The translations under genes were made by a program, and so were the position numbers. Below are positions 28,701 through 36,396 of a stretch of 64,000 bases of DNA, piece by piece. The stretch lies in contig DFFU01000012.1 of assembly GCA_002372315.1 (NCBI GenBank), forward strand, positions 28,755 to 92,754, read 5' to 3'. The first letter of the stretch is position 1. Each line of letters begins with the position of its first letter. This stretch comes from Alphaproteobacteria bacterium UBA3768. GTDB taxonomy: Bacteria > Pseudomonadota > Alphaproteobacteria > CAAHEQ01 > UBA3637. The notes beneath the pieces were generated by a model, which was given only the letters and a program-made list of their open reading frames with translations, was not told where the DNA came from and ran no database searches.

Positions 28701-29188
28701 CTGTCAGAACCTGTATAGCAGCAATTGTTTCTGATGTGCGTGAACGTATCAGCCAAAAAGGTAATCGCTTTGCTTTTGTTTCGGCTAGTGATAAATCGGG
28801 CTCTTTTGACATTATGTGTTTTTCGGATATATTGGAACAGCATAGGGATAAACTGAAATCTGGTCAGCCTTTGCTTTTGACTATCAGCGCGATTAAACGT
28901 GAAGGTGAAGAACAGATTCGGGTGAACATCCAAGACGTGGCTTATTTGGCGGATGCGATGGCCAAAACGCAAACAACCTTGATTGTGCGCTTAGAAAAAT
29001 CTGAGGCTGTGGATGAGGTGAAAAAAGTGTTGGAAAAAGTACCATCTGGTAAAAGTAAAATTTTCTTGCTTATCAAGACAAATGAATATGATGTAGAATT
29101 TGAATTGCCTAATCATTATACAATTGTGCCAGATGTTATTGATAGTCTATCCCGTATCTTAGGGGTTGCTGAGGTTAAGCAGGTTTAA
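25772..29188 (+). CDS. dnaE: DNA polymerase III alpha subunit
   Basis: ATG at 25772 gives MTPKFIHLHVHTAYSLLEGA (PHP domain). Conserved GRGSGAGSVVAWCL and PDIDVDF blocks. About 1140 aa. Confidence 0.95.
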   Translation: MTPKFIHLHVHTAYSLLEGAIKMPKLAKWAAENKMPAIAVTDSNNICGAMAMMHEMPPLGVQPILGTQLLVKSPKQNVGPLDISEDTFDKVVLLVQNETGYKHLLKLFSAYYMGADKQIQPHITFEELSAHTDGLICLTGGWEGLIGRPLLMGKYDYAKKITQKLKDAFGDRLYIELMRHGMSQEEQTEEAFLQLALDLNIPIVATNDAYFLTPDMYEAQDALMCIAEKKVLSDEDRRRLTPEHYLKSETEMCELFSDLPEALSNTVLIAKRCAFMAEKKKPAFPNYDCKGKTEDEVLADMAEEGFKIRMKGRSEEEQKKYHDQMLFELGVIKQMGFPGYFLIVADFIQWSKKNGVPVGPGRGSGAGSVVAWCLMITDIDPMRFDLVFERFLNPERVNMPDIDVDFCQEKREKTIEYVQNHYGFDHVAQIITFGKLQAKAVIRDVGRVMQVPFPVVDRLSKMIPNDPKMTLELAFEQEPRLKEEIDADEQVKELFAIAVKLEGLFRNTSTHAAGVVIGNKPLDEIVPIYKDPSSDMPVTQYDMKYVEEASLIKFDFLGLKTLTTIKKTLELIQKRGIEVDIDHIPLDDEETFKLLRAADTTGVFQLESTGMKKILHDMQPDKIEDIVALVSLYRPGPMDSIPTYIAVKKGLEKPDYMHPMLEPILKETYGIMIYQEQVMQISREMAGFTLGGADLLRRIMGKKKAELLPEQKVKFLAGAKEKGVDPKIAELVFDKMAKFASYGFNKAHAAAYAFIAYQTAYLKAHFPAEFMAATMTLDKINTDKLAIFKDDILAHKIEVLSPDINQSEVNFTVQDGKVRYALSAVKNVGEAGMQQVVAERNKNGPFKSLQDFASRVDVAALNKRYVENLAKAGAFECLEKNRALVFNNVENIVSYASQSTQARNSAQMGLFGADTSANALKLTRCPEWPQMEKLEHEKEALGFYLSAHPLDSFSTVLERLRAVDYADIAPMVAASGAVRTCIAAIVSDVRERISQKGNRFAFVSASDKSGSFDIMCFSDILEQHRDKLKSGQPLLLTISAIKREGEEQIRVNIQDVAYLADAMAKTQTTLIVRLEKSEAVDEVKKVLEKVPSGKSKIFLLIKTNEYDVEFELPNHYTIVPDVIDSLSRILGVAEVKQV

Positions 29189-29268
29189 TTGAAATTCAAA
29201 TGGTTTTGATTATTGACTTTTTAGGTGCTTTGTGGTAGTATGAATCATAAATATAAAAGGTGTAAAAA

Positions 29269-29457
29269 ATGTCACGTATTTATAAATATCCAAGAGTGTC
29301 TTTAGATGATTCAATTGAACGGGATGAAGTTGATGCTAGCTTAAGATTGAAAAAGAAATTAGAAAAGCGCAAACAACAAAGAAAGAAAAGCACAAAAGTA
29401 AGTCGCTCATTTAGAAAACTTATGAGTTTTAGGGATAAAAATAAGATTAGGTCTTAG
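29269..29457 (+). CDS. Hypothetical small basic protein
   Basis: 62-aa ORF preceded by a TTGACT...TAGTAT promoter-like sequence and AAAGG. No recognisable motif. Confidence 0.35.
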   Translation: MSRIYKYPRVSLDDSIERDEVDASLRLKKKLEKRKQQRKKSTKVSRSFRKLMSFRDKNKIRS

Positions 29458-29518
29458 CCAAAATAATTGACGCAGATTTTTGATACCTATATTTACCTTT
29501 TGGTACAGAGGGGTGGCG

Positions 29519-29547
29519 TTGACATATTTTTTTATATCCTATATAAT
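29519..29547 (+). promoter_or_regulatory. Consensus sigma70 promoter
   Basis: TTGACA, 17-nt spacer, TATAAT (both hexamers perfect), followed by GGAGG and the GTG start at 29568. Confidence 0.6.
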
Positions 29548-29567
29548 GAAAAAAATGGAGGTAAAAA

Positions 29568-30185
29568 GTGAAGCATACGCTTGTTCATCTCAAAGCTGAA
29601 CAACTTGTTAAAGAATTTAAGAAGAACCAAGAAAAAGGTGAGTTTAGAAATAGGTTAGGTCGTTTGTGGTGGCCCATTTGGAATAGGTTTATTATTCCGG
29701 GGGCTGCTTTGTGTGGCATTTTAAGTTTGAATCCTGTGGGGATTATTGGTGGCGTTGCACTATGGTCATTGGGGCATCAGGTTACAAAAGGTTTTGCAAT
29801 AAATGTTCAAAATATCGCGATTAAGAATGCGGGGATATTTGGAAAAAGTATGAAGAAAAAGAATATCTCTGAGGAAGTTCGTAAACAGGCTATAGTTGAA
29901 TATTTGCATCAAAGTGGATCAATATTTTTCAACCACAACTATGTTAAAAATAACCCACAGGAAATAAATAGAATGGCCAATGGGTTATCCGCAGATGGTA
30001 TCAATAATTTGGTGGCTTTGGCCGAATATAATTTAACTAGACAATGTAATCATAGAAAAAGACAGGGACGTCCTCTTTCTATGTCAGAAAGGTTAAAAAT
30101 ATATCGACAATCATATACCTCATATGCAGCCAAAAAATGCGTTCATCAAAACACATTGCGATCCATTCATGGTTATGAACGATAA
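29568..30185 (+). CDS. Hypothetical membrane protein
   Basis: 205-aa ORF with two hydrophobic helices near residues 40-75. No recognisable motif. Confidence 0.45.
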   Translation: MKHTLVHLKAEQLVKEFKKNQEKGEFRNRLGRLWWPIWNRFIIPGAALCGILSLNPVGIIGGVALWSLGHQVTKGFAINVQNIAIKNAGIFGKSMKKKNISEEVRKQAIVEYLHQSGSIFFNHNYVKNNPQEINRMANGLSADGINNLVALAEYNLTRQCNHRKRQGRPLSMSERLKIYRQSYTSYAAKKCVHQNTLRSIHGYER

Positions 30186-30243
30186 GTATGCATGATTGTG
30201 TAATCCTAGCACTTATATCAATATTTTAATATAAAAAGGGTTA

Positions 30244-30693
30244 TTAAAATTTTCTAAATGAAAAATATTTATGTAATAAAAATATAAGAGTCGTTGCAAA
30301 TATTAAATAAACGCCTTGTGCCAACCAAATAGCCCAACCTAATTTTATAATCAAAAAGCTTAGAATGGGGGCGTTAATAAAATACATAAAAAGGTAAACA
30401 CTCAGTGATTTTATCCATTCTTTACGCCAATTATTGCGACTTTGGAAAACGTAATAACGCATACTATAAAAAGACCAATTGATACAAATAATGTATTGTA
30501 AGAATAATGCGCCATTGGCAATTATTATTTCAGATGCCTCTTTAAAAAATTCTTTAAAAATATAATTTAGAAAATTTAACAATGCGTAAGAAAAAACAGT
30601 GTTAAACCCACCTACTAATAAAAATCTGATTTTTTGTGGAAATTTAAACCATATTTTTTCTAAAAAAACATAAAATTTAAAGAAATTTTTCAT
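30244..30693 (-). CDS. GtrA-family membrane protein (polysaccharide/glycan translocation-associated)
   Basis: 149 aa, 4 TM. N-terminal FLLVGGFNTVFSYALLNFL matches the GtrA-like motif. Confidence 0.75.
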   Translation of the reverse strand: MKNFFKFYVFLEKIWFKFPQKIRFLLVGGFNTVFSYALLNFLNYIFKEFFKEASEIIIANGALFLQYIICINWSFYSMRYYVFQSRNNWRKEWIKSLSVYLFMYFINAPILSFLIIKLGWAIWLAQGVYLIFATTLIFLLHKYFSFRKF

Positions 30694-30732
30694 AAAATTT
30701 TCCTAGTCGTAAAGTTGATGTGATTATTGTTT

Positions 30733-31995
30733 TTAACAAAGATTTTTTGATTCGTTTATTTGTAATGACTTTTGCGAAACCTTTCTGAGTGGATATGAGG
30801 CAATAATAAAAATGATAAAACAAACAGTCAAAGATTTTTGTATTGATACGCCATCCAATAAAATTTTCATCAAAATAAAAAAGAATCCCGCATATAAACG
30901 TCCGATCATAGTGCTAATGGAAGAGGCAGTGGCCCTTATTTTTGAAGGAATAAACATATGGAGTCTGCACACATGTCGCAAATAAAAGATAAGTTGTCCT
31001 CCAATCACAAGGGAAATAAATATAAAGTATAACAAAGTGATTGGTACAGGTATTGATGTTGCATGCAAAATGCTAAATGTCAATATAAAGCAGAGAATAA
31101 ATCCAACAAAAACAGAAATTGCCATTTTGGGTAGAGTAATAATTTGGCTGATTTTATCCGAATATAGAGAGCCAAGGGCACGAAAAATATGATTAATAAA
31201 GTAAACTACACCATATAATGAAACAGGTAATAATAGCAATTTCATGATGGGTTGAAAACTCCATACAAAAACAAGTGTTGCGGCAGCTAATAGACCTGAA
31301 TAAAGGATATGATACTTGATATTTTGGTTTTTGATAACCCAAACAATTGTTTTAAACAGATCCATATAGATGTTTTTTAACGTTGTTTTAGGAGGTAATG
31401 GTTGAGGAATTTTAGGTAATTGAAATAGAAAAACAATTGCAATTAAATTTAAAATTAACTCTAAAACAATTAATACTATGAATCCGTAATTATAATTATA
31501 TTTTGACAGTGTATATTGAGAAGTACAAGCATAAATGCTGGCCCCAATTAAAGAGGAAAATGCAGTCCCACACGACATGAAAAAATTCATTTTTCCATAA
31601 CGTTTATTCATTTTTTGGGGAATGTTGTTGAACTTTAAATATTCATAAATATAACTATCTGCTACGCCCGTAAAAGATGCTTTTTGGGCAGCATATAAAA
31701 CCTCTCCAATAAAAAAAATCCAATAGCCATACTTTGCAAAAAACAGCCATAGTATCAATCTTAGAACATAAAGCATATACGAAAAAATCAAGATAGTTCT
31801 TTTGGCAAAAATATCTGCTAAATATCCCATGGGAATTTCCAAAAAAAGAGCAGACAATGAAAAAACACCTTGCAACAAAAAGAAATCACCTGTACTCAAG
31901 CCATACTGTTGATAGAACAAAAATAACACAGGTAACATAAAAATCTGTGTCTGTAAAAAAACAGATATGTTTAAATAACGAAGTTTATTTTTCAT
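30733..31995 (-). CDS. MFS-type transporter
   Basis: 420 aa, about 12 TM. MGYLADIFAKRTIL resembles the MFS loop 2-3 motif. Confidence 0.65.
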   Translation of the reverse strand: MKNKLRYLNISVFLQTQIFMLPVLFLFYQQYGLSTGDFFLLQGVFSLSALFLEIPMGYLADIFAKRTILIFSYMLYVLRLILWLFFAKYGYWIFFIGEVLYAAQKASFTGVADSYIYEYLKFNNIPQKMNKRYGKMNFFMSCGTAFSSLIGASIYACTSQYTLSKYNYNYGFIVLIVLELILNLIAIVFLFQLPKIPQPLPPKTTLKNIYMDLFKTIVWVIKNQNIKYHILYSGLLAAATLVFVWSFQPIMKLLLLPVSLYGVVYFINHIFRALGSLYSDKISQIITLPKMAISVFVGFILCFILTFSILHATSIPVPITLLYFIFISLVIGGQLIFYLRHVCRLHMFIPSKIRATASSISTMIGRLYAGFFFILMKILLDGVSIQKSLTVCFIIFIIASYPLRKVSQKSLQINESKNLC

Positions 31996-32022
31996 TCACT
32001 ATCCCTTCAAGTACAGATTGGG

Positions 32023-33144
32023 CTATTTGCCTTTCACTGGTTTTTGAAGTTTCCATGTATCTGCTTTACGGATAAATGTTTCAACTCCCCAATGATCCCA
32101 TTTAATTGTGAATGAATCTTTACCGTGGAATCGGACAATGCCACATTCTGATGGCTGTCCCATACGACAGGCCCTATTTTCCTTAAAAATCAAATTATCC
32201 TTCCAATAGGGATGATCAACCGGATTAGTGGGGCATTTTTCCTCAACCGCCTCTTCCAGAGCCTCTTGTGGCAAAAGCATTTTTGTTTTATTGATTTCAA
32301 TCATTCTACGGAATAAGTCACATGGTGGACGTGTGGTAACTTTATCATGCATGTCAAATCGGGGCAAAATTTCATTCTGAATAAATAAATTTGTATTGTT
32401 CCATCGATCCTCATACCATTGTTGAGGGTTGTCTTGGTGCATTCGGTATAAAACCAAAATTTCAGGAACTTTTCCGATAACAGCACCAGCATCATACAGG
32501 TCTAAATAAAACTTACCATCTTCTGCTGCCTCGTACTTATCATTGTATCGGATTTGATTTTTAGTCAAAAAATCGCGCCGTATAAATAATGATGGGTGTG
32601 ATACTGGAATCGTTCCCAAAAATAAATCTGTTTTCATTTCATCGGAATCGGTTTTTCGCTGAAATGGCCATGGCATTGCGTTTTCTGGTTGACCAACAAA
32701 AGAAGAAGTGGCCGTTATGGTTGGGTTGGATCGCATAAAGTTATACTGCTTTTCAAAGCGTAGTGGTAAAGAAATATCATCGTCATCCATACGGGCAATA
32801 AATTCCCCACGGGCAGCATCTAAACCTCGATTGAGAGAATAAATTAACCCCTTGTTTTCAGTATTGGTTAAAACCCGAATACGATGATCTTGATCGGCAT
32901 ATTTTTTGAGTATATCTGCTGTTGCATCTGAAGAGCCATCATCAATGATAATAAATTCGAAATCTTGAAAAGTTTGCTTTAAAATGGAATCAATGGCCTT
33001 TGGTACCATATGGGCTCTGTTATAGGTTGACATGACAACCGAAATTTTGGGTTTTGAATAACAATAACTAGCAATTGTTCCAATGAACAAAATTACCGCA
33101 CAAACACAAATAATTGAAATTTTTTTCTTCATTTTATTTTCCAT
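32023..33144 (-). CDS. Family 2 glycosyltransferase with one C-terminal HPYWKD...KWD module
   Basis: TM anchor, then ISVVMSTYNRAHMVPKAIDSILKQTFQDFEFIIIDDGSSD (GT-A/GT2) and a DDD motif. The C-terminal ~70 aa are paralogous to modules in the next gene. Confidence 0.85.
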   Translation of the reverse strand: MENKMKKKISIICVCAVILFIGTIASYCYSKPKISVVMSTYNRAHMVPKAIDSILKQTFQDFEFIIIDDGSSDATADILKKYADQDHRIRVLTNTENKGLIYSLNRGLDAARGEFIARMDDDDISLPLRFEKQYNFMRSNPTITATSSFVGQPENAMPWPFQRKTDSDEMKTDLFLGTIPVSHPSLFIRRDFLTKNQIRYNDKYEAAEDGKFYLDLYDAGAVIGKVPEILVLYRMHQDNPQQWYEDRWNNTNLFIQNEILPRFDMHDKVTTRPPCDLFRRMIEINKTKMLLPQEALEEAVEEKCPTNPVDHPYWKDNLIFKENRACRMGQPSECGIVRFHGKDSFTIKWDHWGVETFIRKADTWKLQKPVKGK

Positions 33145-33154
33145 TCTTTTTTGA

Positions 33155-34543
33155 TTAAGTGGCCTGAGATTGAGTTTTGCTCTTTGTTTTTAATTTTTTT
33201 GTATAGACCCATTCTCCTTGTTCATTCTTTCGGAATTTTTCTACACCATATGCTGGGTTATCCCACTTCAGATGAACAATATTATCCGATATTTTTCTTA
33301 GAACGGCGCAATCAGCTACATTCATACGGCACGCTTTGTGCGTTTTGGAATTTAACGCCATCCAATCCTTCCAATATGGGTGTTGCACATGAAATACGTT
33401 GGGATTGGAAACATTGATATATTTATAGGAACCATCAGGTTGTTTTTCAAATACCTCTGGATCATATTTATCCCACTTAATCGTCACACGATTATCAATA
33501 TAAAATATACTACCTGTGTCACCAGTTGTATAACGAGATATTCTATTATTATCAGAAAGGACAATAAAGTCTGACCAGTAAGGATGGGATAGCTGTAGGG
33601 CATTGTTCATGTTTGGTGGGCAAATTTTGGCATAATAGGTATCCAAAACTTCTTGCGGTACTTGATGATTTTCCCTGTTGGCAGTTGCCATTTTATCCAA
33701 TAAAAAGCACTTTTCCAACAAAGAGGGATATGAAATTCGAACTGAATTGGGATCAAAAAAACGGGACAATAATTTTCGGCGGACATTAATAGCGTTCTCG
33801 GTCATCTTGATATAATAAGTTTCTGAATTTGTGTGATGTTTACGCACATAAGTTAAAATATTCCTTATAGACGCTAATCGGGCATCTGCCAATATCATTT
33901 GGGCATAAAAATCATAGTCTTCAGCGGATATAAAATCCAAATTGTAACGGATGTTATGTTGCCTGACAAAGTCTCGACGGAACATAGAAGCAACATTGGG
34001 GAAAAAATTGGCAAAACTCATCTCAATCGTATAAAAATTGGGTCCCTTGTCAAACGTGTATGACGAATTGTCGGGATTAACTTTATCAAAAGTATTTTCT
34101 TCAAAGAAAAATACTCGCCCTGACATGGCATCTATATCTGGGGTATCACGCATGAAAGCAACAGATTTTTCCAAACGATCCGGCACAGACCAATCATCAG
34201 AATCCATAATGGCAACATAGGTTCCTTTTGCTGCATCCAAACCGCGTTGACGAGAATAGGATATGCCCTTGTTTTGGGGATTTGTCAAAATCTTAATACG
34301 AGAATCCTGATTGGCGTAAGATTTTAAGATTAAAGGCGTTGCATCCGTTGAACCATCATCGACAATGATAAATTCAAAATTCTTAAATGTTTGATTCAAA
34401 ATTGATTCAATGGCACGACTCACCAGTTCTTGGCGATTAAAAACAGGCATGACAACCGATACTGTTGGGGAACGAGTGCAAAGCCATACGCTTCCCCCTA
34501 TCAAACAGATACAAAAGACAATGAATAAAAATAATCGTTTCAT
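33155..34543 (-). CDS. Family 2 glycosyltransferase with two C-terminal HPYW(K/S)D...KWD modules
   Basis: ATG at 34543 (MKRLFLFIVF...). Contains VSVVMPVFNRQELVSRAIESILNQTFKNFEFIIVDDGSTD. Paralog of 32023..33144. Confidence 0.85.
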   Translation of the reverse strand: MKRLFLFIVFCICLIGGSVWLCTRSPTVSVVMPVFNRQELVSRAIESILNQTFKNFEFIIVDDGSTDATPLILKSYANQDSRIKILTNPQNKGISYSRQRGLDAAKGTYVAIMDSDDWSVPDRLEKSVAFMRDTPDIDAMSGRVFFFEENTFDKVNPDNSSYTFDKGPNFYTIEMSFANFFPNVASMFRRDFVRQHNIRYNLDFISAEDYDFYAQMILADARLASIRNILTYVRKHHTNSETYYIKMTENAINVRRKLLSRFFDPNSVRISYPSLLEKCFLLDKMATANRENHQVPQEVLDTYYAKICPPNMNNALQLSHPYWSDFIVLSDNNRISRYTTGDTGSIFYIDNRVTIKWDKYDPEVFEKQPDGSYKYINVSNPNVFHVQHPYWKDWMALNSKTHKACRMNVADCAVLRKISDNIVHLKWDNPAYGVEKFRKNEQGEWVYTKKLKTKSKTQSQAT

Positions 34544-34634
34544 CTGTATTTTTTCCAATAAGATTATATCAGCATAAATTAAATCAAAAATCAAGAATTA
34601 TCTGTGATGACAAATGAAAAATTTTATTTTAGGG

Positions 34635-34671
34635 GCACGATTTGGCTGGGCTCGTCGTGCATTTCCGAGCT
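34635..34671. repeat. Junction repeat R1 (truncated: inverted-repeat core plus right arm)
   Basis: GCACGAtTTGGCTGGgctcgTCGTGCatTTCCGAGCt. The left terminator-like arm is absent. Confidence 0.75.
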
Positions 34672-34680
34672 AAATTTAAG

Positions 34681-34709
34681 TTGAAATAAACTATTATCCG
34701 TGCTATAAT
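34681..34709 (+). promoter_or_regulatory. Promoter of cassette 1
   Basis: TTGAAA, 17-nt spacer, TATAAT, upstream of AAGGAAAGG and the ATG at 34736. Confidence 0.5.
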
Positions 34710-34735
34710 GAGACGAATAAAGGAAAGGATAAAAA

Positions 34736-35002
34736 ATGAGCAAACCAATTATTGTCGTGTGTTCCAATCATTGTATTACATCAGATACACAGAAAGCCAT
34801 TGATGAATTTAATGCAAAACAAAAAAGGTTAAGTGATCCTGCTTATTTACGTACACCAGAGGGGAAAAAGGAACTTGCTCTTGAAAAGAAACGAGATGCA
34901 AGATTTAAAAAAGAGATGGAAGAATATGACAGATTTATTAGCCGTCGTTTACATTTTTTTCCTCCTTTTGATGAATACTGCTGTTCTAAAGTAAAAGATT
35001 AG
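34736..35002 (+). CDS. Cassette 1: hypothetical 88-aa protein
   Basis: ORF with its own promoter and RBS, bounded by R1 and R2. No recognisable motif. Confidence 0.45.
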   Translation: MSKPIIVVCSNHCITSDTQKAIDEFNAKQKRLSDPAYLRTPEGKKELALEKKRDARFKKEMEEYDRFISRRLHFFPPFDEYCCSKVKD

Positions 35003-35104
35003 TGGTTTGAATTTCAAAATATTTCCAATAGATGAATATTAAAAATAAAAAAAAATTGTCCTATTAGTTTGAAATAAGGTATTTTTAAGCATTTTCCAAA
35101 AGCT

Positions 35105-35203
35105 CTGTTCCGAGCCGCAATAAGCGCTTGGAAATAAAAGAAAAAGTCGCCATATTTGACGACTTGCACAATTTGGCTGGGGGCATCTTGTTATACACGG
35201 ACT
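35105..35203. repeat. Junction repeat R2
   Basis: 35105..35182 matches the genuine tRNA-Gln 3' flank (41237..41314) at 75 of 78 positions, including the AAGTCG/CGACTT hairpin and TTGGCTGGGG. It then diverges and ends in ACACGGACT. Confidence 0.85.
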
Positions 35204-35222
35204 TACTGCGATATTTATATCA

Positions 35223-36173
35223 TCAATCTTTACACATTTTTTCTTTCAAGATTCTGAAAAATAACTGTGTTTTAGAGAAGTTTTTTTTCTTTTCTAACTC
35301 CGGCTTTTGAGTTTTTTTTACACTTTTAATAATCGGCTGAATATGACTGGACATATACTTTCGTAAATGTCGAGACATCCAAAATCGAAATATCAATAGT
35401 GTCAATAAATCGGGATTAAGGTAAGTAGAAAATATCAATTGATGCATTTCTGGTTTTTGTTTAAAAGTTTTATCAACCTCTTTTAATACTTTACAAAAAT
35501 CATTGATTTTTTGCTCTGTATTATTACTGCGCATAATAGAATTATTACCAGTTCGATATAAATAAGTCACATCAGGAGTCAATGCACAGGAGCGTGCGTT
35601 CGAAAAAATTTCCAAAGTAAAAGCTGTATCTTCATAATACACCCTCGGTAAAAAACGACTTTTCCCTATAACATCTCTCTTAAACAACTTATTCCAAACC
35701 GTAATTGGCGTCTTTGGGGGTCTTTGTGCAAAACAACTAATTGGATCTTTTTCCAAGAAAAAAACACCCGTAAGTTTTCTTTCATCTTTAACACTTGGAT
35801 TTTTTAACTTTTTATATTTTCCACCGATAATATCTGCATTCGTTTTTTTTGCGATATCTATAAATTTGGATAGCGCCTCTCTATGAAGTAAATCATCACT
35901 ATCCATAAAAAATACATATTTTCCTGTTGCTAAATCAATTCCTACATTTCGGGCATTTCCAACGCCATGACATTCTGTCGTTTTTATTTTTATGCGCATG
36001 TCCTTTTTGGCATACTCTTTTAGAATTTGGCCTGAGTTATCACAACTACCATCATTAATACAAATAATTTCAATGTTTTTATGGGATTGATTCAAAAGAG
36101 AATTTAAACACTCTCCTAAATATTTAGATGAGTTATGGACAGGAACAATAACCGAAATATCAGGAGCAAGCAT
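35223..36173 (-). CDS. Cassette 2: family 2 glycosyltransferase
   Basis: ISVIVPVHNSSKYLGECLNSLLNQSHKNIEIICINDGSCD plus a DSDD motif, which indicate the GT-A fold. Confidence 0.85.
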   Translation of the reverse strand: MLAPDISVIVPVHNSSKYLGECLNSLLNQSHKNIEIICINDGSCDNSGQILKEYAKKDMRIKIKTTECHGVGNARNVGIDLATGKYVFFMDSDDLLHREALSKFIDIAKKTNADIIGGKYKKLKNPSVKDERKLTGVFFLEKDPISCFAQRPPKTPITVWNKLFKRDVIGKSRFLPRVYYEDTAFTLEIFSNARSCALTPDVTYLYRTGNNSIMRSNNTEQKINDFCKVLKEVDKTFKQKPEMHQLIFSTYLNPDLLTLLIFRFWMSRHLRKYMSSHIQPIIKSVKKTQKPELEKKKNFSKTQLFFRILKEKMCKD

Positions 36174-36255
36174 AATATTACATTTACCTTTTAACAGAAA
36201 GAGAAATTTGTTATACCATTTTTGTATGAAAAGTCAAGAATTTTTCTGATTTATG

Positions 36256-36392
36256 AGTCCGTGTAAGTGCTATTTTTAGCCTATTTTGATAGGGGCAACA
36301 CGGACTCGTATAAGTGATTTATTTTAAAAGAAAAAGTGCCAATTTTTGGCACCCTTCAAGACTTGCTGGAGTCATCTTGCATGGTACGGACT
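36256..36392. repeat. Junction repeat R3 (divergent copy)
   Basis: AGTCCGTGT, 33 nt, ACACGGACT; then an A-rich tract, a GTGCCAA/TTGGCAC hairpin, CAAGA-cTTGCTGG-agtca-TCTTG, and a terminal GTACGGACT. Confidence 0.75.
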
Positions 36393-36396
36393 AGTT

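Noticed and set aside
35281-35288. A8/T8 homopolymer inside the cassette-2 glycosyltransferase as a phase-variation switch
   Set aside because: The tract sits about 22 codons from the C-terminus (ELEKKKNFSK). Slippage would alter only the tail and would not switch the enzyme off.
35128-35310. ORF-track ORF beginning MEIKEKVAIFDDLHNLAG. It resembles the peptide from 38549..38830 (MKIKEKVATFDDSHNLAG) and a 25-codon frame in R4 (37567..).
   Set aside because: The similarity is a by-product of translating the repeated DNA element. The start codon is not conserved between copies (ATG in R4/R5, TTG in R2, TTA in R8). The frame runs through the terminator hairpin and the TTGGCTGG core, and in R8 it runs on into the tRNA gene.
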